From assembly GCA_900315705.1 (NCBI GenBank), contig ONAB01000001.1:143178-207177 (forward strand): a stretch of DNA of 64,000 nt, given 5' to 3'. The translations under genes were made by a program, and so were the position numbers. The notes beneath the pieces are model-generated. The model made no database searches. It saw nothing but the letters and a program-made list of their open reading frames with translations, and was not told where the DNA came from. Source of the DNA: an uncultured Bacteroidales bacterium. GTDB taxonomy: Bacteria > Bacteroidota > Bacteroidia > Bacteroidales > WCHB1-69. This document shows, in pieces, positions 1-9,200 of this stretch (the first letter of the stretch is position 1; the number at the start of each line of letters is the position of its first letter).

Positions 1-36
1 AAGACTTCCAAGGGGGGACAAGTCAGAAAACCTGCC
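1..36 (+). promoter_or_regulatory. possible 3' part of a cobalamin riboswitch (B12-box-like), truncated by the window edge
   Basis: AGTCAGAAAACCTGCC at 21-36 fits the B12-box consensus rAGYCMGgAgaCCkGCc as I recall it. It lies 164 nt upstream of CDS 200..1438. A weak hairpin (85-90/96-101) plus T-rich tract to 110 could be an expression platform. The 5' aptamer is outside the window, so the fold cannot be checked. Confidence 0.35.
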
Positions 37-199
37 ATTGAATCTAAAACGTTGAAAGCTTCGGGAGATAGGCTTCTGCGAAACAATGGAGGTTTTCCAT
101 TTTGCTTTTCGTTAGAGTTTATGCTCGCCGATGCCGGTGGGAAGGATTGTTTTTTATGATTGCCGAATAAAACAACTATTTTAATAAACTATAACACAA

Positions 200-1438
200 T
201 TGCTTATGAAAAAAGTTTTATTTTTTATCGTTATCTTTTGTTCCGTCCTGATGGGTGCAAAGGCCCAGTATCAGGATGTCACCATCGCTCCCAACCGCGT
301 GAAATACTGGGTGGGCACTGGCAGCAACAGCGCCGTTTTCATCGTGAACTGGTGCAACCCCGACACCGCGCTGGCGTGGGGCTACCGCTTTGACGGCGAC
401 TCCGTGCTGGTCTCCACTATGCTGACGGACATCGTGGCCGCCGACGCCCGCCTCGGCTTCAGTGGCACGGTCAGCTGGCTGTCGGACCTCTATTATGCTG
501 AAGGTGCCGACACGTTCCGCATCTCGCCCGACTATGTGGTGTACAATGTGAGCGGCGGCTATGCCGACGTGGCCGACGCGCAGTATTTCCACTCCGGCGA
601 CTATGTCAAATTCGGTGGATACAGCTGTTCGCTGCCCGGCGACAGCGTCTGGATTGTGGACCCCACTTACGGCAACTATTGGCTGCACGCCTCTGTGTGG
701 AACACTCCCATCGAGCCGGTCGAGATTCCCGGTGTTCCTGCCGAAGACGCCACCATCAGCGCCTCTGCCATCCAATACTGGGTGGGCACGGGCAGCAACC
801 AGGCCGTTTTCATCGTTGACTGGTGCACGGCTCCCAACGCTCTGGCGTGGGGCTACCGCTTCAACGGCGAATCTGTGACCGTCGCCACGATGCTGACCGA
901 CATTGCCAACGCCGACCCTCGTCTCACTGTTGCAGGCACCCCAAGTTGGCTGACCGACTTGGTGTTCAACGATGGTGAACAGGTTTACAGTATTCTGCCT
1001 GATTATGTGGTGTACAATGTGAACGGTGGCTTTGCCGATGCCGCTGATGCCCAAACTGTAAATGCCGGCGACTATGTGAAGTTCGGCGGTTACGGCTGCG
1101 CCCAAATGGGCTCGAGCGTCTGGGTGGAGGACCCCTCCTACGGCGACTACTGGATGTATGCCTCCGTGTGGAGCACCCCTGTCGTTGCCGTTACCCCGCC
1201 GACGGGTGTTGCCGATTATGAGCAAACGGTGTTGTCGGTCTATCCGAACCCCTGCACCGGAAGTATCCGTATCCAGACCGAGGCCAACGAGACCGTTGTC
1301 CTGTACAACCTCCAGGGTGCCGAGGTGCTGCGCACTGTGGCTCAGGACGACATCACCACGTTGGATGTGAACGAGTTGCCCGCTGGCGTCTATTTCGTGA
1401 AGAGCGGTGCCCGCACGGCCAAGATCGTGAAGAGATAA
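200..1438 (+). CDS. secreted two-repeat protein with a T9SS type-A C-terminal sorting domain, function unknown (possible corrinoid-binding, see findings)
   Basis: N-terminal signal peptide (MLMKKVLFFIVIFCSVLMGAKAQ). Two ~165-aa repeats. C-terminus VYPNPCTGSIRIQ...LYNLQGAEVL...LPAGVYFVKSG..AKIVKR is typical of a Por/T9SS CTD. Confidence 0.85.
   Translation: MLMKKVLFFIVIFCSVLMGAKAQYQDVTIAPNRVKYWVGTGSNSAVFIVNWCNPDTALAWGYRFDGDSVLVSTMLTDIVAADARLGFSGTVSWLSDLYYAEGADTFRISPDYVVYNVSGGYADVADAQYFHSGDYVKFGGYSCSLPGDSVWIVDPTYGNYWLHASVWNTPIEPVEIPGVPAEDATISASAIQYWVGTGSNQAVFIVDWCTAPNALAWGYRFNGESVTVATMLTDIANADPRLTVAGTPSWLTDLVFNDGEQVYSILPDYVVYNVNGGFADAADAQTVNAGDYVKFGGYGCAQMGSSVWVEDPSYGDYWMYASVWSTPVVAVTPPTGVADYEQTVLSVYPNPCTGSIRIQTEANETVVLYNLQGAEVLRTVAQDDITTLDVNELPAGVYFVKSGARTAKIVKR
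269..1240 (+). repeat. intragenic tandem duplication (two ~165-aa modules, roughly 60% identical by eye)
   Basis: Module 1 reads YWVGTGSNSAVFIVNWC..ALAWGYRFDG..PDYVVYNVSGGYADVADAQ..GDYVKFGGY..ASVWNTP. Module 2 reads YWVGTGSNQAVFIVDWC..ALAWGYRFNG..PDYVVYNVNGGFADAADAQ..GDYVKFGGY..ASVWSTP. Confidence 0.85.
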
Positions 1439-1464
1439 GAGATTCAATTATCAGCCATTATACG

Positions 1465-1501
1465 AAAAGCCCCGCCTTGGAAAACCAAAGCGGGGCTTTT
1501 T
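1465..1501. terminator. bidirectional intrinsic terminator between convergent genes
   Basis: aaaagccccgc (1465-1475) pairs with gcggggctttt (1490-1500). An A-run lies upstream and a T-run downstream. It sits between stops at 1438 (+) and 1504 (-). Confidence 0.75.
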
Positions 1502-1503
1502 AC

Positions 1504-2712
1504 TTAATTCCCCATTTTGTACACGGGAAGCGGTTGGTCGATGACCTCGTGCCAGGGCAGGCCGTAGCCGCCGATCTCCTTCATAAACGGATCGGGGTCG
1601 AACTGTTCGACGTTGAAGACGCCGGTGCCCTTCCAGGTGCCGGTGAGGATCATCTTGGCGCAGAGCATCGCGGGCACGCCCGTGGTGTAGGAAACGGCTT
1701 GCGCGCCGATTTCCTTGAAGCATTCGGCGTGGTCGCAGTTGTTATACACATAGTAGGTGCGCTCCTTGCCGTCCTTGATGCCCTTGATCTGGCAGCCGAT
1801 GGAGGTTTGGCCGTGGTAGCCTTCGCCCAGCGAGGAGGGCTCGGGGAGCACGGCTTTCAGGAACTGCAGCGGCACGATGTCAACGCCCTGGTACTTGATG
1901 GGCTTGATGCTGGTCATACCGATTTCCTGCAGCACGTTGAGCACGGTGAGGTACTTTTGGCCGAAGGTCATCCAGAAACGGGCGCGCTTGATGGTGGGAT
2001 AGCTTCTCACCAGCGACTCCAGCTCCTCGTGATAGAGCAGATAGGACTCGCGTTCGCCGATGTTGGGGTACTCTACGGAACGGTGGATGGACATCGGGTC
2101 AATTTCGATCCACTGGCCGTTCTCCCAGTATTTGCCGCGTTGGGTGATCTCGCGGATGTTGATTTCGGGGTTGAAGTTGGTGGCGAAGGCCTTGCCGTGG
2201 TCGCCGGCGTTGCAATCGACGATGTCGAGATAGTGGATCTCGTCAAAGTAGTGCTTGGCGGCGTAGGCGGTGTAGATGCTGGTCACGCCGGGGTCGAAGC
2301 CGCAGCCGAGGAGGGCCATAATGCCGGCCTCTTTGAAGCGGTCTTGGTAGGCCCACTGCCAGCTGTACTCGAACTTGGCCTTGTCGCGGGGCTCGTAGTT
2401 GGCGGTGTCCATATAGTTGGTCTTGGTGGCCAGGCAGGCATCCATCAGGGGAAGGTCCTGATAGGGGAGGGCCACGTTGATGAGCAGGTCGGGCTTGTAG
2501 GCCTCGAGCAGTTTGATGGTTTCGGGCACGTTGTCGGCATCGACTTGTGCGGTCTGGATGCGATTTCCGCCGATTTCCGCCGCGATCTTGTCGCATTTCG
2601 ACTTGGTGCGGGAGGCGAGCATAATTTCAGAGAATACTTCCGGCACGGAAGCGCATTTGTGTGCAACCACGGCACCCACGCCGCCTGCACCGATGATGAG
2701 AACTTTTGCCAT
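1504..2712 (-). CDS. saccharopine dehydrogenase family protein, likely carboxynorspermidine/carboxyspermidine dehydrogenase
   Basis: N-terminal Rossmann motif MAKVLIIGAGGVGAVVAHK. Length (402 aa) and overall sequence resemble the Bacteroidota CANSDH-type enzymes as I remember them. Confidence 0.75.
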   Translation of the reverse strand: MAKVLIIGAGGVGAVVAHKCASVPEVFSEIMLASRTKSKCDKIAAEIGGNRIQTAQVDADNVPETIKLLEAYKPDLLINVALPYQDLPLMDACLATKTNYMDTANYEPRDKAKFEYSWQWAYQDRFKEAGIMALLGCGFDPGVTSIYTAYAAKHYFDEIHYLDIVDCNAGDHGKAFATNFNPEINIREITQRGKYWENGQWIEIDPMSIHRSVEYPNIGERESYLLYHEELESLVRSYPTIKRARFWMTFGQKYLTVLNVLQEIGMTSIKPIKYQGVDIVPLQFLKAVLPEPSSLGEGYHGQTSIGCQIKGIKDGKERTYYVYNNCDHAECFKEIGAQAVSYTTGVPAMLCAKMILTGTWKGTGVFNVEQFDPDPFMKEIGGYGLPWHEVIDQPLPVYKMGN

Positions 2713-2784
2713 ACTTAAATAGTGTTATTTATTATAAAAAGAATGCGAGTTATTTTGAGGTGCAAAAGTAACAAAAATCTTTTG

Positions 2785-2792
2785 TACTTTTG
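2785..2792 (+). promoter_or_regulatory. Bacteroidota -7 promoter box (TAnnTTTG)
   Basis: TACTTTTG lies 28 nt upstream of the ATG at 2820. It overlaps the TTG at 2790 that the ORF track used as start, which argues for 2820 as the true start. Confidence 0.55.
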
Positions 2793-2819
2793 CAGCCGTT
2801 TTTAAAAACAATTTTTTAT

Positions 2820-4667
2820 ATGGCTGAAGAAAAATTATTCACTGAATTTCCGCCTATTTCCACTGAGGAATGGGAAGCAACCATCAATAAGGATTTAAAG
2901 GGCGCCGACTACGAGAAGAAGCTGGTTTGGCGTACCGACGAAGGCTTTAATGTGCGCCCCTACTACCGGGCCGAGAATCTCAACGACCTCCAGTATCTGG
3001 ACACGCTGCCGGGCGAGTTCCCTTACACGCGCGGCACCAAGGCCGACAACAACCGTTGGGAAATCGTGCAGGAGGTGGAGGAGGCCGACCCCGCCAAGGC
3101 CAACGCCATCGCGGTAGATGCGCTGGGACGCGGTGCCACCATCATCGCCTTCAACGCCTCCCGAGTCGAGAATGCGGACGCGCTGGAAACCCTGCTCGCC
3201 GGCATCGACCTTCAGCAGACGGGCGTTCAGTTCAACCACGTGAAGAGTTACTTGGATTTGGCAACTTTGTTGACCGACTATATCCACAAACATAATATTG
3301 ATCCGGAGAAGGTTTCCGGAAGCATCAACTTCGACCCGCTGACCTATCGTTTGAAACACAACAAGTTCTATCACAGCGAGCAGGAGGATATGATGCAGGC
3401 TGTGGAGTTGATCAAGAAGATGGAGACGAAGCGGGAGTTCAAGCTGATCAATGTCAACGGCATCACATTGCACAACGCAGGCGCCACCATCGTGCAGGAG
3501 TTGGGCTATACGCTGGCATTGGCCAACGAGTACATCGCCTTCTGCACCGAGCACGGCATTGAGCCTGCCAAGGTGGCCTCCCGCATTCAGCTGACGCTCT
3601 CCGTGGGTTCCAACTACTTTATGGAGATTGCCAAGTTGCGTGCCGCCCGCTTGCTCTGGTCCACGATGGTGGAGCAATACAAGCCGGAGTGTCCGTGCGC
3701 TTACAGAGTGCGCATCAACACGGTGGCCTCCACCTGGAACAAGACCACTTTCGACCCCTACGTCAATATGCTGCGCAGCACCACGGAGGGTATGTCCGCC
3801 GTCATTGGCGGCACCGACGCCCTGTCGCTGCAGCCCTTTGACGTGACCTACAAGGAGTCTGACGAATTCTCCCGCCGCATTGCCCGCAACGTGCAGGTGC
3901 TGCTCAAGGAGGAGTCTTTCTTCGACCGCGTGGTGGATCCCGCCGCCGGCTCTTACTACATTGAAACGCTGACAAACTCCATTGCCGAGCAGGTGTGGAA
4001 ACTCTTCCAGGAAGTGGAGAGTGCCGGTGGTGCGCTCAAGGCTATCGCCGACGGCACCATCCAGGCCGCTATTGAGAAGAGCTGCCAGAAACGCGATATG
4101 GATATCGCCACCCGCCGCTATATTCTCCTCGGCACGAACAACTATCCCAATATCAACGAGAAGATGCTCGACAAGATCGAGCGTATGAAGAGTGACGACA
4201 GCGAAGGGCTGAAGAGCTATCGCGGGGCATTGGCATTCGAGGAACTCCGTCTCGCCACGGAGCGTTACGCTGCCAAGAACCACCGCCCGAAGGTCTATCT
4301 GCTCAAGCTCGGCAACCTGGCTATGCGTCAGGCCCGTGCCGGCTTCGTCACCAACTTCTTCGGCTGTGCCGGTTACGAGATTGTGGAACCCTCCGGTTTC
4401 GCCACCGTGGAAGAGGGTGTCAAGGCCATTGCCGAGGCACGTCCCGACATCATCGTGGTGTGCAGCTCCGACGAGGAGTACGCCACCCTCGGTGTGGAGG
4501 CCGCCAAGCAGTGCAAGGCCCAGTTCCCCGAACTTCCGTTCGTGGTGGCCGGCAACCCTACAGAGGCCATCGAGGCCCTCAAGGAGGCCGGCGCTGACGA
4601 CTTTGTACACGTCAGAACCAACATCCTGGAGAGTCTCCGTTCATACAATAATATTGTCTTGAAATAA
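2820..4667 (+). CDS. mutA: methylmalonyl-CoA mutase small (beta) subunit
   Basis: 615 aa from MAEEKLFTEFPPISTEEWEATINKDLKG. The mutase-family body is typical and the C-terminal Rossmann-like region lacks the DxHxxG cobalamin-binding motif, as expected for the small subunit. The large-subunit homolog is at 36107..38257. Confidence 0.85.
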   Translation: MAEEKLFTEFPPISTEEWEATINKDLKGADYEKKLVWRTDEGFNVRPYYRAENLNDLQYLDTLPGEFPYTRGTKADNNRWEIVQEVEEADPAKANAIAVDALGRGATIIAFNASRVENADALETLLAGIDLQQTGVQFNHVKSYLDLATLLTDYIHKHNIDPEKVSGSINFDPLTYRLKHNKFYHSEQEDMMQAVELIKKMETKREFKLINVNGITLHNAGATIVQELGYTLALANEYIAFCTEHGIEPAKVASRIQLTLSVGSNYFMEIAKLRAARLLWSTMVEQYKPECPCAYRVRINTVASTWNKTTFDPYVNMLRSTTEGMSAVIGGTDALSLQPFDVTYKESDEFSRRIARNVQVLLKEESFFDRVVDPAAGSYYIETLTNSIAEQVWKLFQEVESAGGALKAIADGTIQAAIEKSCQKRDMDIATRRYILLGTNNYPNINEKMLDKIERMKSDDSEGLKSYRGALAFEELRLATERYAAKNHRPKVYLLKLGNLAMRQARAGFVTNFFGCAGYEIVEPSGFATVEEGVKAIAEARPDIIVVCSSDEEYATLGVEAAKQCKAQFPELPFVVAGNPTEAIEALKEAGADDFVHVRTNILESLRSYNNIVLK

Positions 4668-4670
4668 TCC

Positions 4671-5576
4671 GTGAAAAGAATCCTCAAGATCCTTCTCATC
4701 ATCACGGTGTTAGTGGGCTCGTTGGCTGGCTGCCGCCAGGCAACGAAGGATGCTGCACCGTCTTGTTTCTTTGAGTGGACGGATTCATACGGAAGGGAAA
4801 TCGTGTTGGAGAAGGCTCCCCAACGTATCGCGTCTCTTTCCCCCGCCATCACCGAAATCTTCTATATGATTGGTGCGGAAAACAAGCTGGTGGGCGTGTC
4901 GGATTTCTGCCATTATCCGCCCGAGGTGGAGAAGATCCCCAAGATCGGCGGGATGCAGAACATCAATATGGAAGCCCTGCTGGCGCAGCACCCCGACGTG
5001 CTGCTCATCGGTTCGATGGTCTCCGAAAAGGATGTGGAAACTATCGAGAAGATGAACATTCCGGTGGTTACCATCAAGGAGGAGTCCAACATTGAGGGGA
5101 TGTCGGAAATGATAGAGGTGCTGGGGCGCATTACCGGATGCGAGCAGAAGGCCAGTGAGGAGGCGACGCGTTGGCGCCAGCGCATCGAACAACTCAAGCA
5201 GGAGAACGAGAAGCTGAAGGGTAGCGAGAAGAGCGTGTTCTATGTGGTGGGCTTTGGCGACGCGGGCGACTTCACCGCCCCGAAGGGCTCCCATATCCAC
5301 GAGATGATAGAGCTGGCCGGTTGCCGCAACATCGGTGCCGAGCTTTCCAACTGGAATGTGAGCCGCGAGTTCCTGTTCAAGTCTGACCCCGACATCATCA
5401 TCATCCGGTCGGAAGATTGCGACGCCTTCAAGTCGCAATACCCCTACACGCAGCTCAAAGCTGTCAAGGAGGGGCACGTTTATCCCATCGAGAGCGGTTG
5501 GATAGATGTGGTCTCCACCCGGAATCTGCAAGCCATCGAGTTCATACGGCAGAAAGCCCAGGAACTCGATTCTTGA
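4671..5576 (+). CDS. periplasmic-binding-protein family lipoprotein, BtuF/FhuD-like (cobalamin or siderophore ABC substrate-binding)
   Basis: GTG start 3 nt after the mutA stop. Lipobox LAGC. RIASLSPAITEIFYMIGAENKLVGVSDFCHYP resembles the BtuF N-lobe signature. Confidence 0.7.
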   Translation: MKRILKILLIITVLVGSLAGCRQATKDAAPSCFFEWTDSYGREIVLEKAPQRIASLSPAITEIFYMIGAENKLVGVSDFCHYPPEVEKIPKIGGMQNINMEALLAQHPDVLLIGSMVSEKDVETIEKMNIPVVTIKEESNIEGMSEMIEVLGRITGCEQKASEEATRWRQRIEQLKQENEKLKGSEKSVFYVVGFGDAGDFTAPKGSHIHEMIELAGCRNIGAELSNWNVSREFLFKSDPDIIIIRSEDCDAFKSQYPYTQLKAVKEGHVYPIESGWIDVVSTRNLQAIEFIRQKAQELDS

Positions 5577-5606
5577 TTTTTTGAATAACCTTTTCATCAG
5601 AAAAGT

Positions 5607-6200
5607 ATGATAAGTTATATAAAAGGAATATTAGTGGAGAAGAATCCGGCCTACGCCATCGTGGAGACGGCGGGTGGCATCGGTTTCTACATCAACATCT
5701 CCCTGGCCACCTTCTCGGCGCTGCCCCAGGAGAAAGAGGAGGTGTGCCTGCTTACCTATTTCATTGTGAAGGAGGACGCCCAGATCCTGTATGGCTTCAA
5801 GGAGGAGGAGGAGCGCGAGCTCTTCAAGTTGCTGATATCCGTGAACGGCATCGGTCCCAACACGGGGCGCCTGATTCTCTCCTCGATGAGTGTGGGCGAG
5901 GTGCTCAACGCCATCGCCACCGAGAACGTCAAGGCGATCCAGTCCATCAAGGGTATCGGGGCCAAGACCGCCCAGCGCCTGATTGTGGAGTTGAAGGACA
6001 AGACCAAGAAGACGGATTGGGCGGTGCAAACAAAAATTTCGACTGCATACAATAATAACAAATATGATGCGTTAACTGCCCTGATTGCTCTCGGTTTTCC
6101 GAAGGCGGGCGCGGAGTCTGTGCTCGACAAGGTTATCAAGGCCGAGGGTATCGACTTGTCTGTTGAGGAGTTGATAAAGAAGTCGTTGAAATTATTATAG
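5607..6200 (+). CDS. ruvA: Holliday junction branch migration protein RuvA
   Basis: MISYIKGILVEKNPAYAIVETAGGIGFYINIS. HhH motifs (VNGIGPNTGRLILS, IKGIGAKTAQRLIVELK). 197 aa. Confidence 0.95.
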   Translation: MISYIKGILVEKNPAYAIVETAGGIGFYINISLATFSALPQEKEEVCLLTYFIVKEDAQILYGFKEEEERELFKLLISVNGIGPNTGRLILSSMSVGEVLNAIATENVKAIQSIKGIGAKTAQRLIVELKDKTKKTDWAVQTKISTAYNNNKYDALTALIALGFPKAGAESVLDKVIKAEGIDLSVEELIKKSLKLL

Positions 6201-6211
6201 TAGAATCTGTT

Positions 6212-9200
6212 TTGAAAACTAACATAAAAAAGAAGATACATATTGTTGTCGCCCTGCTCTCCTTTGTGATGTGCCTATGCCTGCAAAGGGGAGAACTTTA
6301 TGCAATGCCCGAGAGGGTGGCGACACTGTCGGAGGTGGGCATTTTCCCGCCTGACACCAATCCGCCCGGCACAGTTCCCGGCACGGTCAATCCGTTGGAC
6401 AACTCTTACCAAAGTCCCTTCTGGCTCCAGAACCCGCCGGGTGTCGGCACCCAGATACAGTACGATCCGGAGACCAACACCTACAATTTCCAATATATGA
6501 CGGGCAACCGGCCCTTTGGCCCGGGTGCCTATATGGACGTGAACGAGTATGTGGGTTACGACTTGCGCCAGAGCATCAACGATTACTGGTACAACCACAG
6601 CACCTCTTACGGCGGCGGCAACCGGCGTGGCGGCGGAATCATCCCGCAGCTCCACATCGGCGGTGACATTTTCGAGAGCATTTTCGGCAGTAATACTATC
6701 GATATCCGGCCGGCCGGTAGTATGGAAATCAAGTTCGGCGTCAAATACACGCACGTCGAGAATGAGAACGTCCCCGTCAAACAGCGCCGCAATATCAACC
6801 TGGACTTTGACCAGGACATCCAGTTGAGCCTTATGGCCCGTATCGGCGAGAAGATCAATTTCAACCTCAACTACACTACCGATGAGCTGAGGTTGGACAA
6901 CAATATGGACAAAATCAAGCTGAAATACGCTGGCAAGGAGGATGAAATCCTGCAACTCATCGAGTTTGGTAACGTCACGCTGCCTTTGAACAGCACGCTC
7001 ATTACGGGTAGCCAGAGTCTTTTCGGTGTCAAGACGCAGTTGAAGTTCGGTAACTTGCTGGTGACGGCCGTGGCCTCCCAGAAGAAGAGCAACTCGGAGA
7101 CCATCACCATATCGGGCGGTGCCGAGAAGGAGGAGTTCTATTTCAAGGCTGACGAGTACGAGGAGAACCGCCACTACTTCATCTCCCAGTATTTCCGCGA
7201 CCACTACAACGAGTTCCTCAGTACCCTGCCGCTGGTAAGTTCTCCTATCGTCATCACCAAGATTGAGGTGTGGCGCACCACGATTGGCGCTGCCACCCAG
7301 GAGAACCGTAATATCGTGGCGTTCACCGACTTGGGTGAATACAACCCCTCTTTTAACGGATTTTCCTATAACCCGATGTATGGCGGAGGTCAGTATCCTG
7401 ACAATGAGACCAACAATTTGATTTTTGTGGCCGACTCCTCCATCATTCGCAATATCTCCAATGTTTCCAACAACCTGCACTCCTTGGGTCTGAAATCGGG
7501 TACCGATTATGAGAAGGTGGAGAGCGCCCGTCTGCTCTCGCCCAGTGAGTACACCTTCAACTCTAAACTGGGTTTCATCACGCTCAACTCCGCCTTGAGT
7601 TCCGACCAAGTGCTGGCCGTGGCCTTCCAATACACCATCATTGGCGACGACCACGTCTATCAGGTGGGTGAGTTCTCCAATGAGGTGGCATCTCCGAACT
7701 GTATTCGCGTCAAGTTGTTGAAGAGCACGACGCTCGACACCAAGTCGCCGTTGTGGAACTTGATGATGAAGAACGTGTACAACCTTTCGGCGTATCAGGT
7801 TTCTTCCGAGAAGTTCATCCTGAACATCCTGTACAAGGGCGATGCCGACGGTATTGCGAACGGTTTCTTCACGCAGGGTTCCAACAAGGGTATCCCCTTG
7901 ATCCGTTTGATGGGACTTGACCGTTTGAACAAACAACAGGATCCCTCCCCGGATGGCATTTTCGACTTCATTGACGGGGCGGCCACCACGGGCGGAACCA
8001 TCAACTCCCAGAACGGACGTATCTATTTCCCGACGGTGGAGCCTTTCGGCAAGGACCTCCGCAAACTCTTCCCACCCGAGGAACAGGCCCTGGCCGACCT
8101 TTACGCCTTCGACTCTTTGTACACGATGACCAAGACGATGGCGCAGCAGATCACCAACAAGAACAAGTACTACCTCGAAGGCAGTTACCAGTCTTCGTAT
8201 GGTTCTGAATACCGTTTCAACTCCACCAACATCGCGAAGGGCTCTGTCCGCGTCACGGCGGGCGGTATCACCCTGACGGAGAATGTGGACTACACGGTGA
8301 ACTACGATATGGGTACGCTCACCATCACCAACCAGGGCGTGCTCAACTCTGGCACCCCGATATCCATCTCCATTGAGAATGACAACGACTTCACGGTGAA
8401 GGACCAGATGATGTTCGGTGCCAACTTCGACTATGTCTTCTCCAAGGACTTCAGCATCGGTGCCACGATCTTGAACTTGAAGGAGCGTCCCTATACCAAT
8501 AAGGTCAACTATGGTGAAGAGCCTATCAACAACCTCTTGTGGGGTATGAATTTTGCCTACCGCACGGAGCTGCCCTTCATCACGAAGATGATCGACAAGA
8601 TCACCTTCCACAGCACGACGGCCAAGTCGAACCTTAATTTGGACGGTGAGTTCGCTCATTTTGTGCCGGGCCACAACCACGCGGTGGGCAAGAAGGGCAC
8701 CACCTACATCGACGACTTCGAGGCGGCCAAGTCCACCATCGATCTGATGACGATGTCGAACTGGGTGCTGGCCTCCACACCGCAGGGGCAACCTGACCTC
8801 TTCCCGGAGGCAGGTTCGATGTCGGTTTCCGACAATGTCCGCAAGAGGCTCTCCTACGGCTACAACCGCGCCCGTTTGTCGTGGTACATCATTGACCCGC
8901 TGTTCTATGACAACTCCAACGCCACGCCGCGCAACCTGACGGTGGAGGACCTCTCCAATGCGTACGCCCGTGCGGTGTATGAAACCGAGCTTTTCCCGTA
9001 CAAGCAGCAGGCTGAGACGCAGTTGACCACTTATATGACGGTGTTTAACTTGGCTTTCTATCCTTCGGAACGTGGCCCGTACAACTATGATGTGAACGGT
9101 GCCGAGGGCGTTTCCCGTGGTGTGGATGCCAATGGCGCGCTCAACGATCCCCAAACCCGTTGGGGTGGTATTATGCGCAAGTTCGACAATACTGACTTCG

